DNA of 64,000 bases from Acidobacteriota bacterium (GTDB lineage Bacteria; Acidobacteriota; Vicinamibacteria; Vicinamibacterales; SCN-69-37), in NCBI GenBank assembly GCA_947467605.1, contig CANIII010000003.1, positions 74,154 through 138,153 of the forward strand. The letters run 5' to 3'. How positions within the stretch are numbered: the stretch's first letter is position 1; each line of letters begins with the position of its first letter. The position numbers were made by a program, and so were the translations under genes. The notes under the pieces are model-generated. The model searched no databases and had not been told where the DNA came from. It saw only the letters and a list, made by a program, of their open reading frames with translations. Below are positions 9,905 through 20,630 of the stretch, in pieces.

Positions 9905-10753
9905 ATGGCAGAACCCGCGAATCCCAATCTACTGCGCCTCTACAATGTGCTCATCGATGGCTTCTCCGTCGAGACCAGAATCTATTTGCCCGATGGGTCG
10001 TATGTGGACTGGGTACTCTCTCCTCTGGCCGGTGATCGTTTCGTACTGACAGGAACACCCGTTGAGGTCTGGGGTGATGCCGGCAGTGTCGGCACAGCCA
10101 ACTATCCCGGGGCACCCACCTCGTACGACTGCACCCGCGAGGCACTTCTCGCCACACTGGCACAACACCTTGGCCCCGATCCCTACGTCCACGGGCTGCC
10201 ACCGGCGCTGCACCGGCCCCGGGACCCGCGCGTGCGCTTCTCACATCGGCTGGGAAACTTCACGTTGGATCTGCCGGAAGGTAACCGCCTGCAGGCGCTG
10301 CTGCTCCTGCCATTCGTGTTTCTCCTTCTGGTGTTTCTGCTCGCGTTGGCTGCGCTCCCACTGATCGACGGTTGGGGCGGCGGCAACTGGGTCTACGGCG
10401 TGCTGAGCATCGCCGGGCTGGCGCTCTACGGCTACCTGTTGATTCCATTCGCCGTCGAGTCGCTGCTCGGATGCGCGCATATGCGCGTTGACGGCTGGAC
10501 GGCCACGATCACGCGCGGCCGGTCGTGGTGGCGCCGGACGCAGACGTTTCGCTGGGATCACGTGGAATCCATTGCACTCGTCGTGACGCGCGTGAAGAAG
10601 TTTGGCGCGTCGACGACCGCACAGTTCGTGCTGCAGGATGGAACCCGCGTCGATTACGCGACCCGCATGATCCGGGCGCCATTCGATGACGCCGTCAAGG
10701 TGTTGCAGTCGTTGCTGGCGGCCAGACCCACATCCAGAACCACGACGCGCTGA
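9905..10753 (+). CDS. hypothetical membrane protein: N-terminal soluble domain + 2 TM helices + PH-like module
   Basis: ORF-track start 9599 trimmed to ATG 9905 (MAEPANPN..). Two strongly hydrophobic helices (LLLLPFVFLLLVFLLALAAL; VLSIAGLALYGYLLIPF). No family recognised. Confidence 0.5.
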   Translation: MAEPANPNLLRLYNVLIDGFSVETRIYLPDGSYVDWVLSPLAGDRFVLTGTPVEVWGDAGSVGTANYPGAPTSYDCTREALLATLAQHLGPDPYVHGLPPALHRPRDPRVRFSHRLGNFTLDLPEGNRLQALLLLPFVFLLLVFLLALAALPLIDGWGGGNWVYGVLSIAGLALYGYLLIPFAVESLLGCAHMRVDGWTATITRGRSWWRRTQTFRWDHVESIALVVTRVKKFGASTTAQFVLQDGTRVDYATRMIRAPFDDAVKVLQSLLAARPTSRTTTR

Positions 10754-10810
10754 AGATCGGTGCGCGCAGGGTGCCCAACATGCTTTACAGGGGCACGCCC
10801 GCTGCGTAGC

Positions 10811-11428
10811 ATGGCCACAGTGGATATTCCCTTGCGCCTTGCGTTCCTCGCGGTCATCGTTGGCGCCATCCCGTTGGCGACTGGTCAGCAATACCCGCCG
10901 CTCGCGACACTCGATTCCCTGAAGAGCCTCGGCGAGTTCACCGTGTCCCTCTCCGGATCGGCGCTGGAGTTCTGCCCCACCACGCAGCCGTGTCTCTATT
11001 TCGAATGGGTGGCCGGAACAAAGAACGGTGATGCCTGGACGGAACAGTTCGCGAGCCATCATCCAGACGGCCCACTGCACATTGCCACGCCCATGGGTCC
11101 CATCGATCTGCCGCACGCCAGTCTGCGGCTGTACCTTCCGGCTTCATCGTCACGAATGTTGTCTGGGCGAGACGCCACAGCAGCGCCTGCGCACATTCGT
11201 GCATTATTGAGTGAGCATCCGGTGTTCACGCTTGAAGAGTTCCTGATGACGCCGGGCGTTGGCTACCACGCGCGTGTTGACACCATCAGCTACATGCTGC
11301 CACCGGTCAGCATCAGCGAGGCGCCTCGTCAGCGGCACACGCTCGTGCTGGCGATCTCGGATCTGCCGTTCAAAGACGGCCAGGCACAGCGCACGCTCGC
11401 GCCATCGTTTCGCCACATCACGTATTGA
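10811..11428 (+). CDS. hypothetical secreted protein
   Basis: ATG 10811 gives a signal-like N-terminus MATVDIPLRLAFLAVIVGAIPLATGQQ. No recognisable domain. Confidence 0.45.
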   Translation: MATVDIPLRLAFLAVIVGAIPLATGQQYPPLATLDSLKSLGEFTVSLSGSALEFCPTTQPCLYFEWVAGTKNGDAWTEQFASHHPDGPLHIATPMGPIDLPHASLRLYLPASSSRMLSGRDATAAPAHIRALLSEHPVFTLEEFLMTPGVGYHARVDTISYMLPPVSISEAPRQRHTLVLAISDLPFKDGQAQRTLAPSFRHITY

Positions 11429-11996
11429 ACGAGTTGGCCCGCCGCCGATACCAGCACTCGAGAACCAACACCACGGCGACCGCACCCGGCACCCATCCGC
11501 CGTAGCCTGGCAGAACAAAATAGGCAGCCGAGTCAAACGTCACGCCATCAAATACGCCGGTCCTCAGCAGGGCCGCGAACGGAATGAAGACCACGCTCGC
11601 GACAACGTGAGGGCCGATGCAGGCATGGTCACGGCCGGTGTGGATCCACGCGCGCGTGGCGACAAGCAGCACAGTCAGGTATGACACACCGAACAACCAC
11701 AGGGCGGTCGGCGTCCACGACCACGGCGCCGGCGCGGCAAGAAACATCGGCACCGCGATGAGCCCCGTCGCCGCGGAGGACATCGAGAGATGCCACCAGT
11801 GCATCTCGAGTGTCGGCCATCGCCAACGCCACATGTTGATCAGCACCGCCTGAGGCAGCGCGGCGAGCAACATGACAATCGGCCAGACGATCAACGCGGC
11901 TTCGCCGGTCTGCCGATGGGTCGGGCCGCAACCTGCCGACAGCAGGCCCGCTCCGATGAGGCACACCAACCTCCTTGGAAGGGAGACGCTCAGCAC
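11418..11996 (-). CDS. hypothetical polytopic membrane protein
   Basis: About 5-6 hydrophobic helices, Trp-rich. GTG start shares one base with the mutL stop (TAGTG). Its 3' end overlaps the convergent gene by 11 nt. Confidence 0.45.
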   Translation of the reverse strand: MLSVSLPRRLVCLIGAGLLSAGCGPTHRQTGEAALIVWPIVMLLAALPQAVLINMWRWRWPTLEMHWWHLSMSSAATGLIAVPMFLAAPAPWSWTPTALWLFGVSYLTVLLVATRAWIHTGRDHACIGPHVVASVVFIPFAALLRTGVFDGVTFDSAAYFVLPGYGGWVPGAVAVVLVLECWYRRRANSFNT

Positions 11997-13798
11997 TAGA
12001 TCCGATCGAAGTTCCGCTCGATCTCACGGCGTGTGAGTCGCAGCACCACGGGGCGGCCGTGGGGGCAGACGCTGGAGTGGGCGGTGCGGCGGAGCTCGTC
12101 GAGCAGGTGTTTCATTTTGTCGATCGTGAGCGGATCGTTCGCCTTCACGGCCGCGTGACACGCCATGAGTGCGGCCAGCTGACGCACAGACTCGTTGATG
12201 CCGGATCCGGGCGTGAGGCCTTCGAGATCGCCGGCAGCCGCGCGTAGCGCTGCGGCACTCTCTTCAATCTTCAGGATCGCCGGCACAGCGACCACACGGA
12301 TACTGGTGCCGCCAAAGTCTTCGAGCTCGAAACCGAACTTCGCGAGCCCTTCGAAGTGCCCCTTCAGCGTAGCGTGCTCGCCTGCGCCGAAGTCGAGGAT
12401 GATCGGCGTCAGCAGTCGCTGCGATTCCAGCGTGCCGCTCAGCAGGCGCTCAGAAATCTGCTCGAACAGAATCCGTTCATGTGCCACGTGCTGATCGATG
12501 ATCGCCAGTCCCTCATCGTCCACCGCAATGATGAAGGTGTTACGAAACTGGCCGAGCGGTGTCATCGGCTTGATCAGCGTCGCGATCGTCTCGCGGCCCG
12601 GTGCCGCACCAACGCGCGGGTCGTTGTTCATTCCCATCGCGGCAGACGACGCGCCCATGAACGCCGAGGCGTCGGCGATACCCGGCATCTGAATCGCGCG
12701 TTCGATGGCATCGCCGAGCGGATCAGCGGACCGCACACCAAATGACAGCGGCAGTGCACCGGCCATCGGCAGCGATGGCGTCAGCGTCGCCTGCGAGAGC
12801 ACCAGCTCAGGGACGCCCGTCTGCCCCAGCGCATCCACGATCCCGCGACGCAGCACCTCATGCACGAGGCCCGTATCGAGAAAGCGCACTTCCGCCTTCG
12901 TTGGATGCACGTTCACGTCCACGCGGTCAGGGGGTAGCTCGATGAAGAGATGCACCTCGGGGCTGCGTTCCTTGATCGTCGCCACGCTATAGGCCTGCTG
13001 AATCGCGTGGTTGATCGTGCGATCGCGGACGAGCCGTCGGTTGACGAACACATGCTGCGGCCCGCGCACAGGCCCCGCTTCCCCGAGCGCCGCGACATAG
13101 CCGTGAATCGTGATCCCGGCCGCTTGCTTGCGGACCTCGATCAGATCAGGCCGATCGCCGTACATCTGAAAGAACCGCTCGGCGAGCGATGACGCGGGCG
13201 GCGTCTCGACGACAGTACGGCCACCGCTGCGGAGCAGAAAGCCGACCTCCGGATACCCAAGGGCCAGTTGCGAGACCAGTTTGGAAATCTGCGCCGACTC
13301 GGCCGTATCGGCCTTCAGAAACTTCCGTCGCGCCGGCAGGTTGTAGAAGAGATCCTGCACTTCAATCAGCGTGCCCTCAGGTGCGCCGACTTCCTTCGCC
13401 GACACCGTCTCACCCGCCTCGATGCGGATTTCCGTGCCGGACATCGCACCGCGGGTGCGCGTTCTCAGACGAAACCTGGATACCGAGGCAATCGACGGCA
13501 ACGCCTCACCACGGAACCCCAGGGTCAAAATCGCCGCCAGATCATCCGATGTCCGCAGCTTGCTCGTCGCATGCCGCTCCACCGCCAGCTTCGCGTCGTC
13601 CGGCGTCATCCCCTCGCCGTCGTCTTCCACACTGATCAGCTTCTTGCCACCGAACTCCGTGACAACGTTGATGCGCTTCGCGCCCGCATCGATCGCGTTC
13701 TCGATCAGTTCCTTGACGACAGACGCCGGGCGCTCGACGACCTCACCAGCAGCGATCTGGTTGGCGAGTGCCGCGGGAAGACGGTAGATCTTGGACAC
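11996..13798 (-). CDS. mutL: DNA mismatch repair protein MutL
   Basis: LPAALANQIAAGEVVERPASVVKELIENAIDAGA GHKL motif. Start moved from ORF-track ATG 13828 to GTG 13798 (MSKIYRLP.., usual MutL N-terminus) preceded by GAAGGTG RBS. The 13828 ATG lies inside a palindromic repeat. Confidence 0.9.
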   Translation of the reverse strand: MSKIYRLPAALANQIAAGEVVERPASVVKELIENAIDAGAKRINVVTEFGGKKLISVEDDGEGMTPDDAKLAVERHATSKLRTSDDLAAILTLGFRGEALPSIASVSRFRLRTRTRGAMSGTEIRIEAGETVSAKEVGAPEGTLIEVQDLFYNLPARRKFLKADTAESAQISKLVSQLALGYPEVGFLLRSGGRTVVETPPASSLAERFFQMYGDRPDLIEVRKQAAGITIHGYVAALGEAGPVRGPQHVFVNRRLVRDRTINHAIQQAYSVATIKERSPEVHLFIELPPDRVDVNVHPTKAEVRFLDTGLVHEVLRRGIVDALGQTGVPELVLSQATLTPSLPMAGALPLSFGVRSADPLGDAIERAIQMPGIADASAFMGASSAAMGMNNDPRVGAAPGRETIATLIKPMTPLGQFRNTFIIAVDDEGLAIIDQHVAHERILFEQISERLLSGTLESQRLLTPIILDFGAGEHATLKGHFEGLAKFGFELEDFGGTSIRVVAVPAILKIEESAAALRAAAGDLEGLTPGSGINESVRQLAALMACHAAVKANDPLTIDKMKHLLDELRRTAHSSVCPHGRPVVLRLTRREIERNFDRI

Positions 13799-13811
13799 TA
13801 GATCAACACCT

Positions 13812-13934
13812 TCAACATGGAGGGCCATGAAGGGCCATGGGGGAGATCAAAACCAACAGATTTCAAAGAGCTCTTTGAAAGCCTGTCTTTTGATCTTGAT
13901 CTTCCCAATGGCGCCCCATGGCCCCCCATGTTGA
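13812..13934. repeat. ~121-bp imperfect palindromic (REP/MITE-like) element between ppdK and mutL
   Basis: Left arm caacatggagggccatgaagggccatggggg pairs with right arm cccaatggcgccccatggccccccatgttg (about 26/30). Inner arms agatcaaaa/ttttgatct. Perfect 20-bp central palindrome tttcaaagagctctttgaaa (13861-13880). Confidence 0.75.
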
Positions 13935-13946
13935 TGGCTCTTGTGC

Positions 13947-16736
13947 CTATTCGAGCGCGGCCTGGGCTGCTGCCAATCGCGCGACGGGCACGCGATACGG
14001 CGAGCAGCTGACGTAGTCGAGGCCGGCCTTGTGGAAGAAGCGCACCGACGCGGGATCGCCGCCGTGTTCGCCGCAGATGCCGATCTTGAGACCCGGGCGT
14101 GAGGCCCGGCCCTTCGCGACGGCCATTTCCACAAGCTGACCCACACCAGACTGGTCGAGCGTGGCGAACGGGTTGTTCTTCACGATCTCGAGTTCGGCGT
14201 AGTTCGGGAGGAACGAGCCGGAGTCGTCACGCGACATACCAAGCGCGGTCTGCGTGAGGTCGTTGGTGCCGAAGCTGAAGAACTCCGCCGACTGCGCAAT
14301 TTCATCAGCCGTCAGCGCGCCACGCGGCACTTCGATCATCGTGCCAACGAGGTAGCTGAGCTTGACCTTTTTCTCCGCCTGCACCAGCTTTGCCACCCGG
14401 TGCACGACCTCGAGTTGGAGGTCGAGTTCCTTCTTGAATCCAACCAGCGGGATCATGATTTCCGGCCGGACCTTGATGCCCTCGGCCTGCACGATCGCCG
14501 CAGCTTCGAATACCGCGCGCGCCTGCATCGCCGAGATCTCCGGGTGGCCAATGCCGAGACGGCACCCACGGAAACCGAGCATCGGGTTGAACTCGTGCAG
14601 CTGTTCCACGCGCGTGTGAATCCGCTGCGCCGCGATGCCAAGCTTCTTCGCGAGGTCGGCCTGCTGTTCCTTGCTGTTGGGCAGGAACTCGTGCAGCGGC
14701 GGATCCAGGAAGCGAATCGTCGCCGGGAATCCATTCAACGCACGGAAGATGCCCGCGAAGTCGTCGCGCTGGTACGGCAGGAGTTTGTTCAACGCGGCCT
14801 GACGTTCCTCGAGTGTCTCGGCGAGAATCATCTCGCGCATGACATCGATGCGATCGCCCTCGAAGAACATGTGCTCCGTGCGGCACAGACCGATGCCGAC
14901 CGCGCCGAACGCCACCGCGTTGGCCGTCTGCTTCGGATCGTCCGCGTTGGTGCGCACGCTCATTCGCGTGGCCTGGCTGCACCACTTCATCAGCTGCTGG
15001 AAGCTCTTGAACTTCTCGGTCGCCTGCGCGACCTTGTCACCGTCCACCAGGCCCGCGACGATTTCCGACGGCGCTGTCTTGACCGAGCCGGCGTAGACCT
15101 TGCCGGCGGTGCCGTCGATCGACATCCAATCGCCTTCCTTGTACGTGTGGCCCTTCACGGTCACCGTGCGTGAGTGGTAGTCAACTTCCAGCGCCGCTGC
15201 GCCACAGACGCAGACCTTGCCCATCTGCCGCGCGACCAACGCCGCGTGTGACGAGACCCCGCCTCGCGCCGTGAGAATGCCTTCCGCCGCGATCATGCCG
15301 CGCAGATCTTCGGGCGACGTCTCCACCCGGACGAGCAAGACCTTTTCGCCCTTGTCAGCTGCGATCACCGCGCGCTCGGCATTGAAGTAGATCTGGCCGG
15401 ACGCCGCGCCTGGACCTGCGGGCAGTCCCGTCGCGATGACTTCGGCCTTCGCCACTTCTGTGAGATCGAACACGGGTGCGAGCAGCTGTTCAAGCTGATC
15501 GGCCGGGTTGCGCTTCACTGCCGTCTTCCAGTCGATGAGCTTCTCCTTGACCATGTCCATGGAGAACTTCAGCGCAGCCATCGCCGTGCGCTTGCCGTTG
15601 CGCGTCTGGAGCATGTAGACGACGCCGTCTTCGATCGTGAACTCGAAGTCCTGCACGTCCTTGAAATGCTTCTCGAGCGTCTGACGGATGCGCTCCAGCT
15701 CGTGATACGCCTTCGGCATCTGCTTCTTCAGCTCCGCCACCGGCTCCGGTGTGCGCACACCGGCGACAACGTCCTCGCCCTGCGCATTGATGAGGAACTC
15801 CCCGTAGAACTCCTTTTCCCCGTTCGCTGGATTTCGAGTGAACGCGACACCGGAGCCGGAGTTGTCACCCGTGTTGCCATAGACCATCGCCTGCACGTTG
15901 ACGGCGGTGCCCCACTCGGCCGGGATGTTGTACTTGCGGCGGTAGACGATGGCGCGGTCATTCATCCAGGAACCGAAGACGGCGCCCACAGCACCCATCA
16001 GCTGATCCCACGGCGAGACCGGGAAGTTCTTGCCAACGCGATCCTTCACGAGCTTCTTGAAACGAGCGACCAGTTCCTTCAGGTCGTCGACTGACAGCGC
16101 CGTGTCTTCGATCAGGCTGTTGTGCCGATCGCGCTTGAGCTGCTCGATCACCATCTCGAAGGGTTCGTGGTCTTCCGTCGGCAGCTTCTGCACGCCGAGG
16201 ACGACGTCGCCGTACATCTGCACGAAGCGGCGGTAGCAATCCCAGGCAAAACGGGCGTTACCGGTCTTGACGGCGAGCGCTTCGACGGTCTGGTCGTTCA
16301 GGCCCAGGTTGAGAATCGTGTCCATCATGCCCGGCATCGAATCGCGCGCGCCCGAGCGCACTGATACGAGCAGCGGGTTCTTGAGGTCGCCGAACCTCTT
16401 GCCGGTGATCTTTTCGATCGTGGCGAGGCCAGTCTCCATCTGTGCGCGGAGCACGGCCGGATACGAGCGCTTGTTGTCGTAATAGTAGGTGCAGACTTCA
16501 GTCGTGATCGTGAAGCCAGGGGGCACCGGCAAACCGATGCGGCACATCTCGGCGAGGTTCGCGCCCTTGCCGCCGAGTAGCGGCTTCATCGTGCCGTTGC
16601 CATCAGCCTTCTTGCCGCCGAACGAATAGACATACTTCGCCGACTTGCCCGAGGCGGCCTTCTTCGTCGTCACCGTCTTGCCCACGACCTTCTTCGCCAC
16701 AACCTTTTTCGCAACCTTCTTCACTTTCTTAGCCAT
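13947..16736 (-). CDS. ppdK: pyruvate, phosphate dikinase with Lys-rich N-terminal extension
   Basis: [15 protein letters not shown], phosphohistidine region [18 protein letters not shown]-utilising C-terminal domain. ORF-track start 16811 trimmed to ATG 16736, preceded by GGAG RBS. Confidence 0.93.
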   Translation of the reverse strand: MAKKVKKVAKKVVAKKVVGKTVTTKKAASGKSAKYVYSFGGKKADGNGTMKPLLGGKGANLAEMCRIGLPVPPGFTITTEVCTYYYDNKRSYPAVLRAQMETGLATIEKITGKRFGDLKNPLLVSVRSGARDSMPGMMDTILNLGLNDQTVEALAVKTGNARFAWDCYRRFVQMYGDVVLGVQKLPTEDHEPFEMVIEQLKRDRHNSLIEDTALSVDDLKELVARFKKLVKDRVGKNFPVSPWDQLMGAVGAVFGSWMNDRAIVYRRKYNIPAEWGTAVNVQAMVYGNTGDNSGSGVAFTRNPANGEKEFYGEFLINAQGEDVVAGVRTPEPVAELKKQMPKAYHELERIRQTLEKHFKDVQDFEFTIEDGVVYMLQTRNGKRTAMAALKFSMDMVKEKLIDWKTAVKRNPADQLEQLLAPVFDLTEVAKAEVIATGLPAGPGAASGQIYFNAERAVIAADKGEKVLLVRVETSPEDLRGMIAAEGILTARGGVSSHAALVARQMGKVCVCGAAALEVDYHSRTVTVKGHTYKEGDWMSIDGTAGKVYAGSVKTAPSEIVAGLVDGDKVAQATEKFKSFQQLMKWCSQATRMSVRTNADDPKQTANAVAFGAVGIGLCRTEHMFFEGDRIDVMREMILAETLEERQAALNKLLPYQRDDFAGIFRALNGFPATIRFLDPPLHEFLPNSKEQQADLAKKLGIAAQRIHTRVEQLHEFNPMLGFRGCRLGIGHPEISAMQARAVFEAAAIVQAEGIKVRPEIMIPLVGFKKELDLQLEVVHRVAKLVQAEKKVKLSYLVGTMIEVPRGALTADEIAQSAEFFSFGTNDLTQTALGMSRDDSGSFLPNYAELEIVKNNPFATLDQSGVGQLVEMAVAKGRASRPGLKIGICGEHGGDPASVRFFHKAGLDYVSCSPYRVPVARLAAAQAALE

Positions 16737-16771
16737 CGTCTCCGCTCCCGCTGTCCGTGTTCTTGACTTGA

Positions 16772-18982
16772 TTAGAGCTGCGTCAGATCGCCGATGGAAC
16801 GGCGAATCCATTCACGCAGCGTGACCAACATGCCGAGTCGTGCTTCACGTAATCTTGTGTCTTCCGCCATCACCATCACGTCGTCGAAAAACTTCGCGAC
16901 GGGCTGACGCAGCTTCACGAACTCGCGAATCTGCGACGTGTAGTCGCCGGCGTTCTTCATCGCCCCGAACACTCTGACCATTTCGTCATGGAGCGCGATC
17001 TCCGCCGGCTCCACGAGCGACGTTCGCGCCTGATCGAGCGGCATCCCCTCGCCGGTGACGCTCTTCGTGATGTTGCACGTTCGCTTGTAGAGTTCCGCGA
17101 GCGCGCGCAGTTCGCTATCGGGTCGCGCGAGTTCCTTCGCGCAGCCTTCGGCGCGCCCTACCGCCTGGCTCGGGCTTTCCCACGCCTGACCGGCGTAGCC
17201 CGCAACGTCTTTGGCGTAGCCACGACGCTCGATCAGATGCACGAGACGTTCTCTCATGAAGTCCGAGATCATCTCGGTGAACCCCTCAGGATTCAGCGTC
17301 GGATAGCCGGCGCCCGCCTGCGTGATCAGATCGCGCAGGTCGACGATGCCGAGCCCCATCGACGGGAGATCCGCGAGGATCTTGACCACGCCCTGGGCCG
17401 CACGGCGCATCGCGAACGGATCGCGGGAGCCGGTCGGCTTTTCGCCGGCCTTGAAGAGACCCACGAGCGTGTCGAGCTTGTCGGCCAGCGATACGCAGGC
17501 CCACGTCACCTTCGCTGCACCGAGGGCCTCGAGTGTCGGCGGCGCATCGGCCTCAACACCAATCGGGCCGTAGTGGTGATACATCGCTTTCCACACCGCT
17601 TCGGGCTCGCCCGATTCGCGTGCGTAGACTCCGCCCATCACGCCCTGCAGTTCGGGGAACTCGCCGACCATGTCGGTCGCCAGATCCGCCTTGCACAACT
17701 TCGCTGCGCGCGCGGCCTGATCGGCGACGGTCGCGTCCTGCTTGAAGACATCGGCGGCGATCCAACGCGCGAGCGCTTCGATGCGCTTCGCTTTGTCGCC
17801 GTACGATCCGAGCGCCTTGTGAAAGAGCACCGTGTCGAGCCGCGCGAGCCGGGCTTCCAATCCAGATGCGGCCGTCGCCGCGCCCACCGTGCGATCCGTG
17901 TCCCAGAAGAACCGTGCATCGCGCAACCGCGCCGACACGACGCGTTCCATATTGGTCGCGATGTTGCGCTCGTTGCCAGGCTGCGTGTTGGTGACCGCGA
18001 GAAACGCCGGCAACAACTTGCCGTGTGGCCCCGCCACCGGGAAGTAATGCTGATGATGAATCAGCGTCGTCGCCAACACTTCCTCAGGGAGTTGCAGGAA
18101 GTCTGCGCCAAACGCGCCGGCGACCACCGACGGGTACTCGATCAGATCCGGCACTTCGTCGAGGAGCGCCTCGGCCTGCGGCTGCCCCTTGATGAGCACA
18201 TGACCACCAAGCTTGCGAGCGGCACCGTCAAGTTCCCGACGAATGCGATCGCGCCGTTCGCTGCGCGCAATGAGCACGAACTGCTCGGCCAGTTTCTTCC
18301 GATACTCGTCGAAGCTCCGCACCTTGATCGCCCGACCCGCGCGGCCACTGGTCGCGAGGAAGCGATGCCCGTAGGTGTTGGCGCCGGTCGCGATGTCTTG
18401 CACACGCGGTGACGAGGCGATGGCGAGGCGCGAGATGGTGAAGGGCACGACGCGGCCGCCGTAGAGAAACAGGAGCCAGCGAATCGGCCGGCCGAACAGG
18501 AGTTCGCCCTTGCCGTCTTCGAGCTGCGCGTCCCAATGCATCATCTTCGGGAACGTGAGATCGCGCAGCAGGCCGCCGAGCAGATCCGGCATCACGTCCA
18601 CGGTGGCACGGCCACGATGTTGCTTCGTGTAAGTCAGGTACTTGCCCTTCGGGGTTTCCTTCTGGGTGAGCGCCGAGACCTCGACGTTGTTTTTGCGCGC
18701 AAACCCGAGCAGCGCCTGTGTCGGCTTGCCGTCCGCGTCGTACGCGGCGCTGACGGGCGGGCCCATCATCTCTTCGTCCCGATCGTCTTGACGATCCGCC
18801 AGCGACGGCACCACCACGGCCAGACGACGCGGGGTTGAGAAGGCCTCGATCGTGCCGGTTTGCTTGAGGTTCATCGCCGTCAGACGCGCTTTGATCTTTT
18901 CAGCGATCTGAAGATTCAGTGCCGGCATCCATGACGCGGGCAATTCCTCCACGCCGATCTCCAGAAAGAGTTCACGCTCCAT
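16772..18982 (-). CDS. glyS: glycine--tRNA ligase subunit beta
   Basis: [20 protein letters not shown]-terminus typical of GlyS. ORF-track start 19096 trimmed to ATG 18982, which overlaps the glyQ 3' end by 11 nt. Confidence 0.92.
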   Translation of the reverse strand: MERELFLEIGVEELPASWMPALNLQIAEKIKARLTAMNLKQTGTIEAFSTPRRLAVVVPSLADRQDDRDEEMMGPPVSAAYDADGKPTQALLGFARKNNVEVSALTQKETPKGKYLTYTKQHRGRATVDVMPDLLGGLLRDLTFPKMMHWDAQLEDGKGELLFGRPIRWLLFLYGGRVVPFTISRLAIASSPRVQDIATGANTYGHRFLATSGRAGRAIKVRSFDEYRKKLAEQFVLIARSERRDRIRRELDGAARKLGGHVLIKGQPQAEALLDEVPDLIEYPSVVAGAFGADFLQLPEEVLATTLIHHQHYFPVAGPHGKLLPAFLAVTNTQPGNERNIATNMERVVSARLRDARFFWDTDRTVGAATAASGLEARLARLDTVLFHKALGSYGDKAKRIEALARWIAADVFKQDATVADQAARAAKLCKADLATDMVGEFPELQGVMGGVYARESGEPEAVWKAMYHHYGPIGVEADAPPTLEALGAAKVTWACVSLADKLDTLVGLFKAGEKPTGSRDPFAMRRAAQGVVKILADLPSMGLGIVDLRDLITQAGAGYPTLNPEGFTEMISDFMRERLVHLIERRGYAKDVAGYAGQAWESPSQAVGRAEGCAKELARPDSELRALAELYKRTCNITKSVTGEGMPLDQARTSLVEPAEIALHDEMVRVFGAMKNAGDYTSQIREFVKLRQPVAKFFDDVMVMAEDTRLREARLGMLVTLREWIRRSIGDLTQL

Positions 18983-19904
18983 GGGCGGTCTCCTTCCCTG
19001 TGTCTTTGGTGTCGAGCGAGAAGTCGAGCTTCTCGCGAACGTCTTTCGGCTCGCCCACCCACGCGCGCGCGATGGCCACGGCCAGCTGGCGCACACGATG
19101 AATGTAGTTGGTGCGCTCGGTGACGCCGATGCTGCCGCTCGCGTCGAGCGTGTTGAACACGTGCGAGCACTTCAGGCAGTAGTCGAGCGCCGGCAAGACG
19201 AGGCCAGAGTCGAGCAGCTGCTGCGAGAAGCCGTGATACTGGGTGAAGAGGTCGCGATGGAATTCGGCGAACCGGCCTTCGGGCATCTTCAGATTGCGGT
19301 TGAACGAGTACTTCGACTGCTCCACTTCGTCGCGGAGCCGCACTTCCCCGTATTTCACGCCCGGGGCCCACTCGAGGTCATAGACGTTGTCGACGCCCTG
19401 CAGCGACATGGCGAAGCGCTCAAGGCCGTAGGTCAGTTCGACGGCGATCGGCGACAGATCGATGCCGCCCGCCTGCTGGAAGTAGGTGAATTGGGTGATC
19501 TCGAGGCCGTCGTAGAGCACCTGCCAGCCGATGCCCCAGGCGCCGAGCGTCGGTGATTCCCAGTTGTCTTCTTCAAACCGCACATCGTGCGCGCGCAGGT
19601 CAATGCCGCACGCTTCGAGACTCTGCAGATACAGATCCTGCACTTCGTCGGGCGCCGGCTTGAGGATGACCTGGAACTGATGATGTTTGAAGAGACGGTT
19701 CGGGTTTTCGCCGAAGCGGCCGTCGGCCGGGCGCCGGGAGGGCTGCACGTACGCCACGCTCCACGGTTGCGGCCCAAGCACACGGAGAAAGGTCTCCGGG
19801 TTCATCGTGCCGGCGCCCATCTCAATATCCATGGGCTGCTGAATCAGGCATCCTTGCGCCGCCCAATACGTCTGTAACTTGAAGATCAGATCCTGCAGTG
19901 TCAC
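18972..19904 (-). CDS. glyQ: glycine--tRNA ligase subunit alpha
   Basis: [37 protein letters not shown], highly conserved GlyQ sequence. Confidence 0.95.
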   Translation of the reverse strand: MTLQDLIFKLQTYWAAQGCLIQQPMDIEMGAGTMNPETFLRVLGPQPWSVAYVQPSRRPADGRFGENPNRLFKHHQFQVILKPAPDEVQDLYLQSLEACGIDLRAHDVRFEEDNWESPTLGAWGIGWQVLYDGLEITQFTYFQQAGGIDLSPIAVELTYGLERFAMSLQGVDNVYDLEWAPGVKYGEVRLRDEVEQSKYSFNRNLKMPEGRFAEFHRDLFTQYHGFSQQLLDSGLVLPALDYCLKCSHVFNTLDASGSIGVTERTNYIHRVRQLAVAIARAWVGEPKDVREKLDFSLDTKDTGKETAHGA

Positions 19905-20593
19905 AACTCTGGTCTCAACTCCCTGACAACCCGTGCCGACTTCAGTTCTTTTTCAAGGTGCATCGAAATCAATCGGTGATGCATCCGTTCAATCTCCCGC
20001 AGCGCGGGCTGCCCCGGCGCCTGGAGCGTGACCTGCCTCGGCGTCCACCTTCGCGCGCGTGCCAAGAACTCGCGCGCTTCGGCGGACAAGTCCATTTCAG
20101 CCAAAACGGGATACACACCCTCGAGCTTCAACAACCAATACTCGAAATACCGCGCCAGCGCTTCACACGAACCACCGCGCCCCAACACTTCTCCGACGCC
20201 GGCCCCGAGCCGGAACAACCGGTCGTTGTGCTGATTGTCGGGACACCACTCGTCGAGTAGTTCCGCGAAGTAACTCGCATGTCCCAACACCTGCGCCGCG
20301 TCTTCTCGCATCCCCACCGCATCGCCGTTCGCGCCCGAGAGCGTTTGCATCGGCGAGCGTTTCGCTTCGATGCGGTCGAGGCGGACCAAATCGCGGCCCT
20401 CTTTCTCGACGTAGTGCACCGTGCCACGTGTGAAGGGTTCGAGCGCGCCGCCAAACCGCTTGCGCGAGTTCGTCGCGTTCTTGGCCACACCGCGCTTCTT
20501 GCCTTGATCGATGGTCAGAAACACCACGATCCGGTCCGCTTCGCCGTAGCGATACGTCCGAAGGATCAGCGCGTCAGCCGCGTGGACCTTCAT
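19901..20593 (-). CDS. recO: DNA repair protein RecO
   Basis: N-terminal OB-fold pattern [30 protein letters not shown]; 230 aa; conserved position after era/mgtE. Confidence 0.88.
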   Translation of the reverse strand: MKVHAADALILRTYRYGEADRIVVFLTIDQGKKRGVAKNATNSRKRFGGALEPFTRGTVHYVEKEGRDLVRLDRIEAKRSPMQTLSGANGDAVGMREDAAQVLGHASYFAELLDEWCPDNQHNDRLFRLGAGVGEVLGRGGSCEALARYFEYWLLKLEGVYPVLAEMDLSAEAREFLARARRWTPRQVTLQAPGQPALREIERMHHRLISMHLEKELKSARVVRELRPEL

Positions 20594-20608
20594 ACCCGCA
20601 TCCGCTCA

Positions 20609-20614
20609 ATTGTA
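20609..20614 (-). promoter_or_regulatory. putative -10 box TACAAT, 15 nt upstream of the recO ATG
   Basis: Minus strand reads ggggTACAATtgagcggatgcgggtATG. An AT-rich hexamer in GC-rich context. Confidence 0.35.
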
Positions 20615-20630
20615 CCCCGCGGGCGCCGTT

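Noticed and set aside
13817-14011. 64-aa plus-strand ORF MEGHEGPWGRSK..
   Set aside because: It is simply the translation of the palindromic repeat element and then runs antisense into ppdK.
16988-18412. 474-aa plus-strand ORF
   Set aside because: Lies entirely antisense to glyS. It has Arg-rich, low-complexity composition typical of GC-rich shadow frames.
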